A DNA stretch of 64,000 nt, taken from an archaeon UBA583. Its GTDB lineage: Archaea > Nanobdellota > Nanobdellia > Woesearchaeales > UBA583. The notes under the pieces are model-generated. The model searched no databases and was not told the origin of the DNA. It saw nothing but the letters and a program-made list of their open reading frames with translations. This document shows, one piece after another, positions 11,601-21,115 of this stretch; within the stretch, counting starts at the first letter, position 1, and every line of letters starts with the position of its first letter. The position numbers were made by a program, and so were the translations under genes. The stretch spans positions 30,944 to 94,943 of the forward strand of contig DAXK01000024.1 in assembly GCA_002506365.1 (NCBI GenBank). The letters run 5' to 3'.

Positions 11601-14600
11601 GATTGGGAAATAACTTCCTTTATAGTTAAATCAACATTTGAACTCACAGTCCCAGTAATATCTGCTGTATCTCCAGTCCCACTTAAATAAGTTTTACTTT
11701 GTGTTAAACTATTTAACACAACCCCAGTTTTAATAACCTTTAAATTAACTGTTGTAAATCCACGATTTCCAGCTTCATCCCAAGCTTCAAAAGTAATAGC
11801 ATAAGTTCCATCACCTAATGAATTTGTATTTTTCACCATATCTAATTTTGAAAAAGTTCCAGCATTTACTCCATTAGTCCCAGAATCATAAATATTACCT
11901 AATCCTGAACCTGTAACACGAACTCTATCAATTTGATTATCATCAGATACATCAATTTGAAAATTTGTATTTGGACTACAAGCAGTTCCATAAGTTAAAG
12001 GTAAACCTGCACAACCTGAATCAACAGTAGCAGTATTAATTGTAGGTTCTGTATCATCTACAAAAATACTAAATGTTTTATCATCTTTATATAAAGATTG
12101 ATCACGAATTCTTAAATTAAAAGTATTTGTTCCAGAACTTCCTGGAACTACAACACTAGCTGACCAATTACCCTCACTATCTTTTGAAAAAGATTTATCA
12201 TAAGCTGTATCTTCAGAATACCTTATATCTTTCATATCATTTAATCCATCAACTCCAATAGTTAAAGGATTTAAATTAACAAATACATTAGCATTAGCTC
12301 CAGGTTTATAATATGGTTTTTCAACTGTAATTGTTTGAACTTTTGGTCCAACATCATCAATATAAACTGTAACAGATTTTTCAAAAAATGATCCTTGAGA
12401 AACTAAACTCTCATCTTGAATTTTAACTTTAAAAGTATAAGCATTAACACCATTTGATTTAGTCATTGCTGAAAATCTAACACACTTACTATCAGCAGCT
12501 GCAATTAAACTACCTTCAGAAGGAGTAGGTCCTGGAAAACTCCCTGTAATTGGACTTTGTTCAATTCTATAACTTTGTAAATCATCACTTCCCTTTGAAG
12601 TTGAAAATCCAATATATACATCTCCGGCATTCGCACTCTTAACCCAAGTTACTGGTTGAGAACAACTTGAATCAGAATAGGCCCCAACACTTAAAGTTGG
12701 AAAAGTATAATTTTCAGGTAAATCTCCCCACCCAGTTCCTAAAGTTTCAGACATTAAAACATTTCTAGTAGCAGGACCAGAAACAACTAATCTATTACCA
12801 TTTCCAATATTTAATAAATTATCAACATCACAAGTAAAATCATAACTATTTCCATAATCAGATACAACTGGAGTTATATATTTTTCAATAATTCCTGTTG
12901 AATCCCCATTTTGAGTAATTGTTGGATTAATTGTATTACACCCATCACAACTTAATTTTGTTGGAGCATAAGGAACAGCTGTCCCATGGAAAGTTCTAAC
13001 TCTACAAACAAATTTCATTTTACCTGAGTTCTCACCAATATCAATTGGAGCAATAATTGCTGCTTCAGGTGTAATCATATCAACATTAACTGGGTAATCA
13101 AAATAAATATTATTTTCATCAATAAATGTTCTCTCCTTCCAAAAATAATTACAAGTATGAACTGGTCCTAACTCATAACTTGAATAAGTATCTAAAGTTT
13201 CATAAAAATCCCCATATGATTTTGTAAAAATTTTCCAATTATCATTAATTCTATAATCATTTACAACATAATTATTAATTGAATAAATATTCATTGTTTT
13301 TGCAAAAGTATTATCTGAACCTCCTGAAACTGTCCCCAAATAAACACCATAACAATTTTCTGAAGCATCTCTAATTAAATAATCTACAGATACACTTGAA
13401 CTATCTAATCTAGTTCCAAACTCATCATAGACATGAGTATTAAAATTATTATTTTGATTAACAACTAATCTTGCATTTTCAGCTGGAATTGTTAAAGTGG
13501 AATTTAAAATTCCCCAAATTTCAAAATCAGCATTATAAACTTCAGAAGTCCAACCAGTTTGACCTGGAACTGCTGCGCTAATTACAACATTATATTCTCC
13601 AACAGGTAAATTGTCTGGATTCCATTCTAAATTACAATTCTTTAAATGATAATTATCGATTGAATCTCTTGGATTTGTTAAACCTAAATTACTTTTATTA
13701 GGATCTTGAATACAAGAAACTGTATCAATTAAATTCCCATTTGAAGTTCTATAAATACTCATTGAAACATTAGCTCCATCAACTAAAATTTGTTGACCTT
13801 CCTTTGAAGTTCCAACAGCACCAATTGTTGCAAACTCAACTCCCGCATATAATTTTTCAGGTCCATATAATGGATAAATTGATTTTCTATAAACTGTATA
13901 ATTATTCATATTATGTGGGTAAATAATATTTCCAATTGAAGATTTAGTTAAATCATATTCCCGGTTTCCAAAAATAACATTTCCAATAATTGATAAATCA
14001 TCAGGTAAATTTAATTCTTTAAATTGATAAGTTGAATTATCAGCTTCAATTTTATAATTTGGATTTTCAAAATCATAAATTCTACAATAAACTTCTTGAG
14101 CTCCAGTATTTAAAGTATTTGAATTAATATTTAAAACTGCTAAACCATTTGAATCAGTTGAAACATTAAACCTATTTCCTCCAACATCAAACTCAGTTTG
14201 ATAAAAAGATAAATCAGAAACTCCGCTAACTGAAACTCTACAACTAATTTGATTCACAGCATTAGGAGTTAAATAACTTGGAACAATTAAATCTGTAATC
14301 TTTGCAGTATTTACAATTGTAATATTTTCAATAACATTTCCAAATCTATAATAAGTAGAATCATTTAAATTAACTACAACACTTGATGAACCCCTCATAA
14401 TTGAACTTGGAATATATGATACATTAAACCCGTCTCCAAATATTAAATCAACCCCTCTTGAAGAATCAACATAACTCCAAATTGGATTTGCAATAGAAGA
14501 TTCAAAATTATTACAAGAATCACTAAACTCTAAACTTAATTGGTTTTCATTTCCATAAAATACATCATCTGCTTGACCTGTTGTATACAATGGACTAATT

Positions 14601-17600
14601 CTTGGACTAATTTGAGCATTACTAAAATCATCATAAAAAACCACATCATTTTGTGAAACATTTTCAAATACTGGTAAAGTTGGATTTAAATTTCCTGATA
14701 AAATAACTCCCACTTTAAACTCACCAACATTATAATCACATGTAGGTTTTAAAGCACTAAAACATTGACCATTTGAATTTGTTAAAGAATCCTCATAAAT
14801 CGTTCTTTGCCCTAAACTATTTTCAACAAACCAATCACACCTATACCCAGACCAAGTTCCAGTATATTCTGAAGATGCAATAGCTAAACCATTTCCAGTG
14901 GTAATTTGAGCTGAAATACTTTCTAAAGAATTATTATGTCTAGAATACTCATCCTCTGTTGTAATTTGAATATTTAATACATCATCAACACTTAATAAAA
15001 CAGAAGTATTAACAACCGCATACATTAAAGAATCAACACTAGCTTGTAAATCAATTGAACCAAATACGTCAGCTGGAATAATCCAATTATCATTTTGTTT
15101 AGTTGAAATAACTGAAAAATCTCCAGTATCCGTTTCTAAATATTTCCAGAAAACATCACCATTATTAACATTTACAGAATTTCCACAAGAATCTAAAATT
15201 CCTAAATCAAAAACTAAATTATCTCCTGTATCATAAGCAATTGAATTAACTGGTGAATCAATAGATAAAGTAATATTATCTTTTAAGAATACTGAATCAG
15301 TTAAATTAGTATCTACAAAATACTTATTAGTATTATAATTAGTTAAATAAATTTCATAATTAATTTGACCTAAAGCAATTGAACACACATTTAAATTTGG
15401 AATATTTTTGATAAAACTTGTAAAAGTACACTTCCCATTTGAATCAGAAGTAACTGTTTTAGTTTCACCTAAAATTTCCAAATTACAATAAACTCCTTGT
15501 TCAGTAATAATATTATTCTCACTATTTGTTAAACTTACAACTAAATCCTCATTTGAAGTTCTAAAAATTGTAGCACCTAAATTAGCACTTGCAAGTAAAT
15601 CAGATTTAAAAGTTTGATTTAAAACTTCAGACTGAAAATCATCAAACCCTTTTGATGAAACAACAACATAATAATAATAAGTATCTGGATTATAAAAACT
15701 AGGTAATTGTAAACTACATGTTGAATTTCCAACATTTGATAAAGTATTTCCTAACAAACTAGGATTATTTCCAACTGAATCAGTTTGATAATAATTACAA
15801 ATAATATCTCCTAAATTTGGAGCATCTAAAGTCCCATTTTCATAAACATTAATTACTAAATCTCTAGATAAACCAGTATCAACTTTCACAATATCTAATT
15901 GTCTATTTAAAACTTCAAAAGTTCCTTGTTCAATAATTTTATCTCCTAAATAATTTTTAGAAACTCTCTCAAAATCTTTAACAATAATTTTATAATTAAC
16001 AATTCCAACATAATTATTTCCTAATTGAAAATTAACTTCTCTATTAACTCCAACACCAGGAGTTGTTGAAATATTTTCAACTGATAAATTTACCCACTTA
16101 CTTTGTTTTAAACTATAAACTTGAAAAATTACTTGAACATCATCACCCTCTAAATCTAAAACTGAATAATTTAATTTTTGATTTCTATTTCTCTCAAAAG
16201 AATATGAATCAAAAGTTACATTTGAAACACTAGGTCTATCATTAATTAAACCAAAAGTTCCATAAGAAATTTCTTCCCCATTATCTAATTGTTCAATAAC
16301 AAAATTAATTTCACTTACATTTTCATTAACAATTTGTGAACACGCATAATAATTTTTACCATTTAAATTAAACTTTGTATAAAAATCAGTTAATACTTTT
16401 TCAGATCCTTTCACAAAATCATCTAAATAACAATTATTAATTGGACTTAAACTAACATTTGAGATAGACAAATTATTTTCATCCTTAACTAAAAAATTAA
16501 TGCTTGAATAAGAATTATCAGATAAATCAATTGAATTAATTTTACTCACAACATAATTAATACTTGAAGTTGAATAACTTGAATTTAAACTAATTTTTTT
16601 ATTTAAATAATTTCCAAGTAAATTTGAATCTAAAGTGCTTGAACTCTCAATCACTGGAACTACTTTATCATTATATAAAAAATAATCCTTATCACGATTA
16701 ATAGAATAAAATAATCCAAAATCACATCCATTTGAAAACCCTTCTTTATCTAAATCTTGAAAACTTGAACTATCACAAGAATTTACAATTAAACTATTTT
16801 TATCATAAACTTCAATTCCTCCAACAACATAACCTGGTAAATTTGAAAACTTTTTAATTTTTAAAGGAGCAAAATCATTATTATAATTAATCTGAACCCC
16901 ATCAGCAAAATAACTTTGCCCAGCAAATAAATTTGATTTAAAATTAAAGTTATCAACTAAAACTTCACTAACTAATTCATCTGAATCTAAACTAAAAATC
17001 ATTGTTAAATCAGCTAAAAATTCTGGATTAAAATTTGAAGTTACAAATTTTAATGGAACAAAAATATCCATAATTCCAGAAAAGACTTCAGAACTCATAA
17101 AACTATTAACACTACCATTTAAATTCGGTAAAGTTATTTTATTCACAAAATCATCTACATAATTATAACTTGATACTCCATCAACTAATATTTCAATTCC
17201 ATCAATTGCAGATAAAGATAATTTAGTTACATCATAACCTGAACTTGCTAAAATAACTCCAGTAGTTGTCTTATCAACTTCAAAATTATTAAAATATTTA
17301 TCAATTGTTAAAACTCTTTTTTGTGAAAAAGTATTATCAAAAATTACAAACTTAGAAACTCCAGAATCTTTTGTAACCACAATAATTTCATCTCTTAAAT
17401 CTCCTAAAACATCAAGTTTTAAAACATCAACTAAAACACCATCCGCGTTTAATAAATTTCCAGTCTTAAAAACATTCAAATTATAATCATAAACTACATA
17501 ATTTAAATTAGAATTAATCACAAATAATTTATCAGTAACTTCAAATTTAGGTTTATTAAATCCTGTAAAAGAATCAATTAAATTCCCTTCACTTGAATAT

Positions 17601-20600
17601 ACAAATAACTCATTTTCATTTGAAACAAAAATTTCTTTCCCAATATCTGTTGTTAAATCATTTGAAACTAAATATCTATATGAAAACCCACTAATTGATT
17701 TCTCAAATAATTCATTTCCTAAAGAATCATAAGCTACTAAATTTCCTAAACTTGAAATTCCAACATACTCATCACCAACTAATTGTTCAAAATTATAATA
17801 TGAAAAATCAACTTCTCCTGACAATAAACTTAAAACTCCAGCAGTATCTGAAAAACTATTTCCAGACTTTGAACTAACTAAACCTAAATTAAACTGATTA
17901 TCTTGATCACAATTAAAACAACTAAAAGAAACATTCTTAGCTTGATTACAAGAAATAGGAACTGACACCTCACTAAAATCATAACTATTTGTAACCTTTA
18001 CATCTAAAATTAAACCACCATTTGTTGTTAAATTTCCTAAAGCTAAATTATCTGAACTTGTTAAAGTTTTAGCAAAAAATATATTTGCATTCTCAGAACA
18101 TAAATCACATTTAATATTTAACTTATCAGGAATTTGATTACAACTAACACTCACATCTAAACTACTATTATCTTCAAGATTAGTTCCTAATACATTAAAA
18201 TACGGACTCGAAGAAATTGAATTTGAATTATAATTAATTACTCCTTGTGAAACATTAAAAACTGGAACAGTATAATAATTATTTCCATCACAATTTGGAC
18301 AATTAAAATTATAACTCTTAGAAGATAAATCCTCACAAGAAACAGGAACTGAAACTTTATCAAAATTATAACTTGTATAAGTTTCATAAGAAACTTCCGC
18401 TGTAATATTTCCAACAACTCTTACACTATTTTGAGTATCACAACTAGCGCAACTTAAAGTTAAATCATTATTCTCTAAAGCATTACAACTAACTTTTCCA
18501 GTTACAACTTGATAATCTAAAGATTCTTTAGTATAAACTTCAAATAAAGGATTTAAATTATTTGTTGAATAATACTCTTTAGTTGAATTTCCATATTCAA
18601 TAAATGAATTTAAATCATACTTAGATTGATTTTGTAAACCTAACTCAAAATAATTACTATTATCACAACCTGAACAAGAAATTGAAACTTGAGGTTTAGT
18701 TTCCAACAATGAACAAGGAACATCAAACTCAACTGGACTAGCAGTTGGACTACAAGCTGAAACAGTATTTGAATCAATATTAAAAGTATTTGAACTAAAA
18801 AATACTTCTAAATTATTTGAACCAACTCCATTATAACAAGTATCCAATTTAACTTTACAAGTTTTAAACTTAGAAACATCACCAATAAATAAATTTGTAT
18901 CAAAAACAAAATTATCTGATAAACTAACTTCATTATTTTTACCAATTAAAACTGAATCAGATTTATCAAAACTATCTTGAGCTGTATACTCAATAAAATT
19001 CTTTTTACTAACAGTTGCTAATGAAACTAAATCTGAATCAGTAACTACATCAAAACTTAAATCTAATCCAGACATATCTCCAACTCCTACAACTCCAACT
19101 GAAACTTCACAAATTTCAGCATTAGTATTAGATAGATTATTTGAAATTACTTGAGTAGCAGAATCTAAATCAAAATAATTTATAACATTTAAAACATCAA
19201 AATTTTTATAGCTTTGGTATCCAGAACTTAAAATTGAATTAGTATCTAATTTAACTGAACTTGATCCAACATCTAAAAATAAATCATTTTTAACTCCAAC
19301 AGATGAAACTCCAAAATCAACATAACAAGCATCCCCGGACACACTAAAAGGAACATCAATTGTTAATTGAGAACTTGAAGTAATATCTAAAACAGACTTA
19401 GGAACTTCATTTGCAAAAGTTTTCTCATCAAAATTAGTAATTAATTTTAAATTAGATAAATCCATTGAAACTGTTGAATTATCCTTTAATTTAAATGTAA
19501 TATCATTCCCTAAAACTCCTAAATTATTAACTCCCGCCTTAAAACTTAAATCGCAAGTTTCCCCATTTAAATTTTTATAAGTTAAATCAGTTGATAATAA
19601 TTTATTTTTTAAAGATAAAAAACTATCAGGAGTTACTCCAGACTCAATATCATAATTTGAATCAAAAATAATTGAAGAATCAATTTGATAGTTATTACCA
19701 TCAATTGAAACATTAACATCAGGATTTCCTAATTTTGTTGATTTAAAAAACACATTACAACTATTCCCAACACCAATACCTAAAGAAGATAAATTTACAA
19801 AAATTTCTGAACTAGTATTTAAACTTAAAACTAAATCAGTTAAATCTGATTTTAAAACATTTGAATATCTTGTATAAGAACTAAAACTATCAAAAACATC
19901 ATACAAAATTAACTCATCATTTGAAATTTTACTAACACTTGAAAAATCATTAGTCCAAACACCTAAAGAATCCCCATAAATTAAAACATTACTCCTACCT
20001 CCAAACTCTCCAAAACTTAAAAAATTAATTTCATTGATAAACTCAGAACTCCACAAAACATTACTCAAATTATCTGAACTTAAAACTTTCAATTTATTAT
20101 TTGAAAAAACTGCAAAATTATTTTGATAAATTCCAGAATTTAAAAATAATAAATTATCAACATTAATTGAATATTTTTCTGACTCAATTGAATTTTTCTC
20201 AAAAGATAAAACAGACTCAGAATTTAAAACTACTTTACTTCCATTAACAAAAGCTGGAACTCTAAATAAATATTCTCCAGAATTATTAACTAACAAATAA
20301 GACTCATTATTTTCACAACCAACAACACCCAGTCCATAAAGACTACAACTCTCAATTAAAATTGAACCAGCTAAATCAAAATCTCCGGCTAATTTGTAAT
20401 CAATATATTTCAAACTAACAGTTTGAATTAAAGTATTTGATGAATCAAAAAAATTAATAGATGTATTTTCAAATAAATTTAAATTTTTATTTTCTAAAAT
20501 AACTTTCCACCTTTTTTTATAATAATCATCTGCAACTGTATAAGTTTGTCCTAAAACAGCTAAATTTTCTAAACTCCAAATTGGATCATTAGAACTTAGA

Positions 20601-20812
20601 TCTTTTGTTGAACTTATAGAAAGAACTTGTGAATTTAAATTTATAAATTCAAAACTCAATCCCATATCATCATAATCTAAAGTTTCAAAATAAATTGTAA
20701 CCTCACTAGAATTTTCTGATATGAAAACATCTCCAAACTGGAAACTGTAAACATTTGAAATAAACATTAAAAATGTTATGAAATAAATAATTTTGTGAAG
20801 TAATTTTTCCAT
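5627..20812 (-). CDS. Giant secreted surface/adhesin-like protein (about 5061 aa from the ATG)
   Basis: One uninterrupted ORF. The track start at 20818 is TTG. An in-frame ATG at 20810-20812 sits about 26 nt from a TATA-like box. N-terminal signal is LLHKIIYFITFLMFISNVYSF. Content includes beta-propeller-like repeats, many Ig/Big-like modules (TDSNGKCTF, TDNLGTCEINW, TDVLGTCKILW), a possible CBM-like module near nt 6470-6900 (..EGAFYVDRFELF) and an A/G/S linker (nt 6241-6310). No C-terminal TM helix is seen. The stop overlaps the next ATG. Confidence 0.9.
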   Translation of the reverse strand: MEKLLHKIIYFITFLMFISNVYSFQFGDVFISENSSEVTIYFETLDYDDMGLSFEFINLNSQVLSISSTKDLSSNDPIWSLENLAVLGQTYTVADDYYKKRWKVILENKNLNLFENTSINFFDSSNTLIQTVSLKYIDYKLAGDFDLAGSILIESCSLYGLGVVGCENNESYLLVNNSGEYLFRVPAFVNGSKVVLNSESVLSFEKNSIESEKYSINVDNLLFLNSGIYQNNFAVFSNNKLKVLSSDNLSNVLWSSEFINEINFLSFGEFGGRSNVLIYGDSLGVWTNDFSSVSKISNDELILYDVFDSFSSYTRYSNVLKSDLTDLVLSLNTSSEIFVNLSSLGIGVGNSCNVFFKSTKLGNPDVNVSIDGNNYQIDSSIIFDSNYDIESGVTPDSFLSLKNKLLSTDLTYKNLNGETCDLSFKAGVNNLGVLGNDITFKLKDNSTVSMDLSNLKLITNFDEKTFANEVPKSVLDITSSSQLTIDVPFSVSGDACYVDFGVSSVGVKNDLFLDVGSSSVKLDTNSILSSGYQSYKNFDVLNVINYFDLDSATQVISNNLSNTNAEICEVSVGVVGVGDMSGLDLSFDVVTDSDLVSLATVSKKNFIEYTAQDSFDKSDSVLIGKNNEVSLSDNFVFDTNLFIGDVSKFKTCKVKLDTCYNGVGSNNLEVFFSSNTFNIDSNTVSACSPTASPVEFDVPCSLLETKPQVSISCSGCDNSNYFELGLQNQSKYDLNSFIEYGNSTKEYYSTNNLNPLFEVYTKESLDYQVVTGKVSCNALENNDLTLSCASCDTQNSVRVVGNITAEVSYETYTSYNFDKVSVPVSCEDLSSKSYNFNCPNCDGNNYYTVPVFNVSQGVINYNSNSISSSPYFNVLGTNLEDNSSLDVSVSCNQIPDKLNIKCDLCSENANIFFAKTLTSSDNLALGNLTTNGGLILDVKVTNSYDFSEVSVPISCNQAKNVSFSCFNCDQDNQFNLGLVSSKSGNSFSDTAGVLSLLSGEVDFSYYNFEQLVGDEYVGISSLGNLVAYDSLGNELFEKSISGFSYRYLVSNDLTTDIGKEIFVSNENELFVYSSEGNLIDSFTGFNKPKFEVTDKLFVINSNLNYVVYDYNLNVFKTGNLLNADGVLVDVLKLDVLGDLRDEIIVVTKDSGVSKFVIFDNTFSQKRVLTIDKYFNNFEVDKTTTGVILASSGYDVTKLSLSAIDGIEILVDGVSSYNYVDDFVNKITLPNLNGSVNSFMSSEVFSGIMDIFVPLKFVTSNFNPEFLADLTMIFSLDSDELVSEVLVDNFNFKSNLFAGQSYFADGVQINYNNDFAPLKIKKFSNLPGYVVGGIEVYDKNSLIVNSCDSSSFQDLDKEGFSNGCDFGLFYSINRDKDYFLYNDKVVPVIESSSTLDSNLLGNYLNKKISLNSSYSTSSINYVVSKINSIDLSDNSYSSINFLVKDENNLSISNVSLSPINNCYLDDFVKGSEKVLTDFYTKFNLNGKNYYACSQIVNENVSEINFVIEQLDNGEEISYGTFGLINDRPSVSNVTFDSYSFERNRNQKLNYSVLDLEGDDVQVIFQVYSLKQSKWVNLSVENISTTPGVGVNREVNFQLGNNYVGIVNYKIIVKDFERVSKNYLGDKIIEQGTFEVLNRQLDIVKVDTGLSRDLVINVYENGTLDAPNLGDIICNYYQTDSVGNNPSLLGNTLSNVGNSTCSLQLPSFYNPDTYYYYVVVSSKGFDDFQSEVLNQTFKSDLLASANLGATIFRTSNEDLVVSLTNSENNIITEQGVYCNLEILGETKTVTSDSNGKCTFTSFIKNIPNLNVCSIALGQINYEIYLTNYNTNKYFVDTNLTDSVFLKDNITLSIDSPVNSIAYDTGDNLVFDLGILDSCGNSVNVNNGDVFWKYLETDTGDFSVISTKQNDNWIIPADVFGSIDLQASVDSLMYAVVNTSVLLSVDDVLNIQITTEDEYSRHNNSLESISAQITTGNGLAIASSEYTGTWSGYRCDWFVENSLGQRTIYEDSLTNSNGQCFSALKPTCDYNVGEFKVGVILSGNLNPTLPVFENVSQNDVVFYDDFSNAQISPRISPLYTTGQADDVFYGNENQLSLEFSDSCNNFESSIANPIWSYVDSSRGVDLIFGDGFNVSYIPSSIMRGSSSVVVNLNDSTYYRFGNVIENITIVNTAKITDLIVPSYLTPNAVNQISCRVSVSGVSDLSFYQTEFDVGGNRFNVSTDSNGLAVLNINSNTLNTGAQEVYCRIYDFENPNYKIEADNSTYQFKELNLPDDLSIIGNVIFGNREYDLTKSSIGNIIYPHNMNNYTVYRKSIYPLYGPEKLYAGVEFATIGAVGTSKEGQQILVDGANVSMSIYRTSNGNLIDTVSCIQDPNKSNLGLTNPRDSIDNYHLKNCNLEWNPDNLPVGEYNVVISAAVPGQTGWTSEVYNADFEIWGILNSTLTIPAENARLVVNQNNNFNTHVYDEFGTRLDSSSVSVDYLIRDASENCYGVYLGTVSGGSDNTFAKTMNIYSINNYVVNDYRINDNWKIFTKSYGDFYETLDTYSSYELGPVHTCNYFWKERTFIDENNIYFDYPVNVDMITPEAAIIAPIDIGENSGKMKFVCRVRTFHGTAVPYAPTKLSCDGCNTINPTITQNGDSTGIIEKYITPVVSDYGNSYDFTCDVDNLLNIGNGNRLVVSGPATRNVLMSETLGTGWGDLPENYTFPTLSVGAYSDSSCSQPVTWVKSANAGDVYIGFSTSKGSDDLQSYRIEQSPITGSFPGPTPSEGSLIAAADSKCVRFSAMTKSNGVNAYTFKVKIQDESLVSQGSFFEKSVTVYIDDVGPKVQTITVEKPYYKPGANANVFVNLNPLTIGVDGLNDMKDIRYSEDTAYDKSFSKDSEGNWSASVVVPGSSGTNTFNLRIRDQSLYKDDKTFSIFVDDTEPTINTATVDSGCAGLPLTYGTACSPNTNFQIDVSDDNQIDRVRVTGSGLGNIYDSGTNGVNAGTFSKLDMVKNTNSLGDGTYAITFEAWDEAGNRGFTTVNLKVIKTGVVLNSLTQSKTYLSGTGDTADITGTVSSNVDLTIKEVISQSVNQCVASGQSCGVSAAIDASGFVEGKNTVTITAKDSLDNPTSKNFDFYLDTTLPVVTITTLVNDQYVKGSISVKANVVDVNRDNSLVSFTIGSCTETMTYISANQFSKSFDTTKPCVGGDGTKTLTVSATDKSGKVGSQSIDLKIDNTLPVVVISDPADGLVTENTHKVLATITEANFANAKAKVDSEVETLMICSGSGLTRNCEFDVITTGYSDGDHSVTVKATDNSGNQKSLVRNFKIDNNAPTINIYKVSNSDGRAYTSGIDGNYISGNMKLFATINDAADEGVDTTYDCIVDGTTYDMVSEGADAYSCTIDTTGISDGTYIFTVQAKDTLDNLNSKTVSLNVDNLNPVITGESFSGSLIKSGDSQTFSLTAGEPLYDICKVFYSDNGVLDGGDDEIVSVAVSGNTCGTTYSMSEGAGVSGNKFILVELTDRAGNKAVKSYDFVLDNAAPIIRSFGITNAEPSSPVTGGFPGVSPLKNMSWSSWVDENNGVNNLSRVYIRPVSGIGVDTNLREDLVYNGGINRFELTDKLPTYFGGTEGTTVFEVVAQDLVGNVGTDDFTFFISNSPPVINSVTSDVALLEVAEQSVVITSNITATPVTLRDLTFNIAEPDGNTFVYNFPQGGFTSPDSFDSYTFTPRVAGFHSVEVVATNIGNKNQTQTFTNVFNAVGTTSGSLTLSPQVSNADPIYVGEDYSFDLQVKLDNDGLARMKNSQLIFSGDGLKVDATNSIVNCGTILTGNFCLTTVRVTLDENVGNGNKLFFVLSNWKNVDSSNGFVSDTFTVNIDPTNRVRIISNELEKFDLNVGFNPQNIGLVNIQNYGNDKLDNVDISIYNGTLKQGLDNSDFTISFTPASYSSLAVSESKTFSMDMFSATARGNYNGYLKVDSTECLDDTCRSFVFTNISIFGKADSDFVQTVPLNNVIDKSSNVVTSLLATQGAIDFHCKYFDSLNVNSLIQNYPAELVLDSNLGESILLSNNTYNLSGPNVPGSLQYIWNFTTYSPGDYSLICRPKDDDSNFVKAGAQAVRNVTLIGNIIPTISYDYPATCLGSLYLYDSIACNNVNVTVNLKDFYGYPVINSQVNFTTNATEFNTLDQIGSCYTDNLGTCEINWNPDVLTAGIYNVSVLAGKSYYNSGNTSSEIQILGGYGLKILSPLDNILIYQDNYNFDFEVTDIDGSDITNSLSYNTTWSLESSAGSKVLSSSRAFNWNIDNTVLGNYNLTAKIQIGPDEVIAQRNVVVVRDTLIGSLTVENDILFRESLDILDITQSNVSVLVTDSATGLNVNNSNVMFKLNGVTDLGTCQTDVLGTCKILWNPSINLEAGVHNVSAFVSKQNYYNKSFSDLATVKVYVEPKWNTPSTISGELSNQFNMPLVCEVYESYKTVANPTEKFDTKFYMHKPAVLPKYVLGSVVNVDGVIYSWNSEDATNVTAQFSELFVGFDTKTNISVYETSSPVEDLGFNNLDTVSVEFNELSGGTTWDLLIQTPSGFETVFSGESSLSNSAFIGSNKQIKNVYIVFNGGAGASIKLSKVVLEQTITEETLEIGEAIILGSQFSSNPEVFGNLENFVGEDSIGFRSSANVNSLSSSEFNEDGDRSLGLNVSGVATNGVMDLEWNSPNLNDVSSFASLGFVVNNPNNLTLNLTVSILDETNCLVNFDLGEVKGKLSYPDINLSQFNSICNSNLDKLVLSFENVGQDPVEGAFYVDRFELFKSVLTENALASLNFHPYEYGDFRFSCEISDVANYVVKNSSKEKIIKLINSGSSADAGESAGGASDAAGAAASAGSVLSFELDLIEGDYVSANGAKGELETVKLYNLISSSRTFNISSSNNNLINFEGKNSTIVEMDEDTKVSEFIVSFDTTNIVKAQLEEFLLVTDIVSGESISVPIKLTLVDVNINVINPTSSSKLVDVLGANVYEINSNVEFNSSASYDGEFDKFGYEFKVANEVCETDYYGRVGDGLNIGCMMPFVKSNMLEDLIMRVNLGGSQNE
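9870..12370 (-). repeat. Tandem array of about eight Ig-like (Big/cadherin-like) domains
   Basis: Eight domain boundaries recur roughly every 95-110 aa: YIDDVGPKV, FVDDTEPTI, YLDTTLPVV, KIDNTLPVV, KIDNNAPTI, NVDNLNPVI, VLDNAAPII, FISNSPPVI. Confidence 0.6.
17880..18730 (-). repeat. Five tandem 60-75-aa repeats, each carrying a C-x(9-12)-C-x2-C triad
   Basis: PCSLLETKPQVSISCSGCDNSNYF; SCNALENNDLTLSCASCDTQNSV; SCEDLSSKSYNFNCPNCDGNNYY; SCNQIPDKLNIKCDLCSENANIF; SCNQAKNVSFSCFNCDQDNQF. Confidence 0.65.
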
Positions 20813-20833
20813 ATACAAATTAATATCATTTTC

Positions 20834-20843
20834 TATTTAAAAA
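20834..20843 (-). promoter_or_regulatory. TATA-like box (TTTTTAAATA on the minus strand) upstream of the giant gene
   Basis: It is centred about 26 nt upstream of the ATG at 20812. The same spacing recurs at most genes in the window. Confidence 0.4.
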
Positions 20844-21115
20844 CATCAACATTAACTCTAGTTAGTGACAAACCAAAAGTCCAAATTTTAAACTAAAAAG
20901 CAGAATTTAAGATAGAATCAAGAATTTTAAATTAAAAAAATAACTATTTGAAAATCAAACTATCCACTAGAATTTTTCCTACCAAATATTGCGAGTGGAA
21001 CTAAATAAAAGTAAACTAAAATTTATTTTAAAATAACAACTCGAAAGTAAAATTAAAATGAAAATCAAATAATCTAAGATAAATATATATTAAAATAAAA
21101 ATGATTTAAAAAATA

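Noticed and set aside
6009-17877. Short ORFs inside the giant gene: 6009..6206 and 17695..17877 on the plus strand, 9565..9771 on the minus strand in another frame
   Set aside because: These are shadow ORFs of 60-68 aa in an AT-rich sequence. They have no motifs and are nested in the 15-kb ORF.
20813-20818. ORF-track starts at non-ATG codons: 20818, 44824, 51014 and 51873 are TTG; 63954 is GTG
   Set aside because: In each case an in-frame ATG a few codons downstream sits about 25-29 nt from a TATA-like box. For 63954 the frame simply continues to the window edge. I used the ATG or the edge instead.
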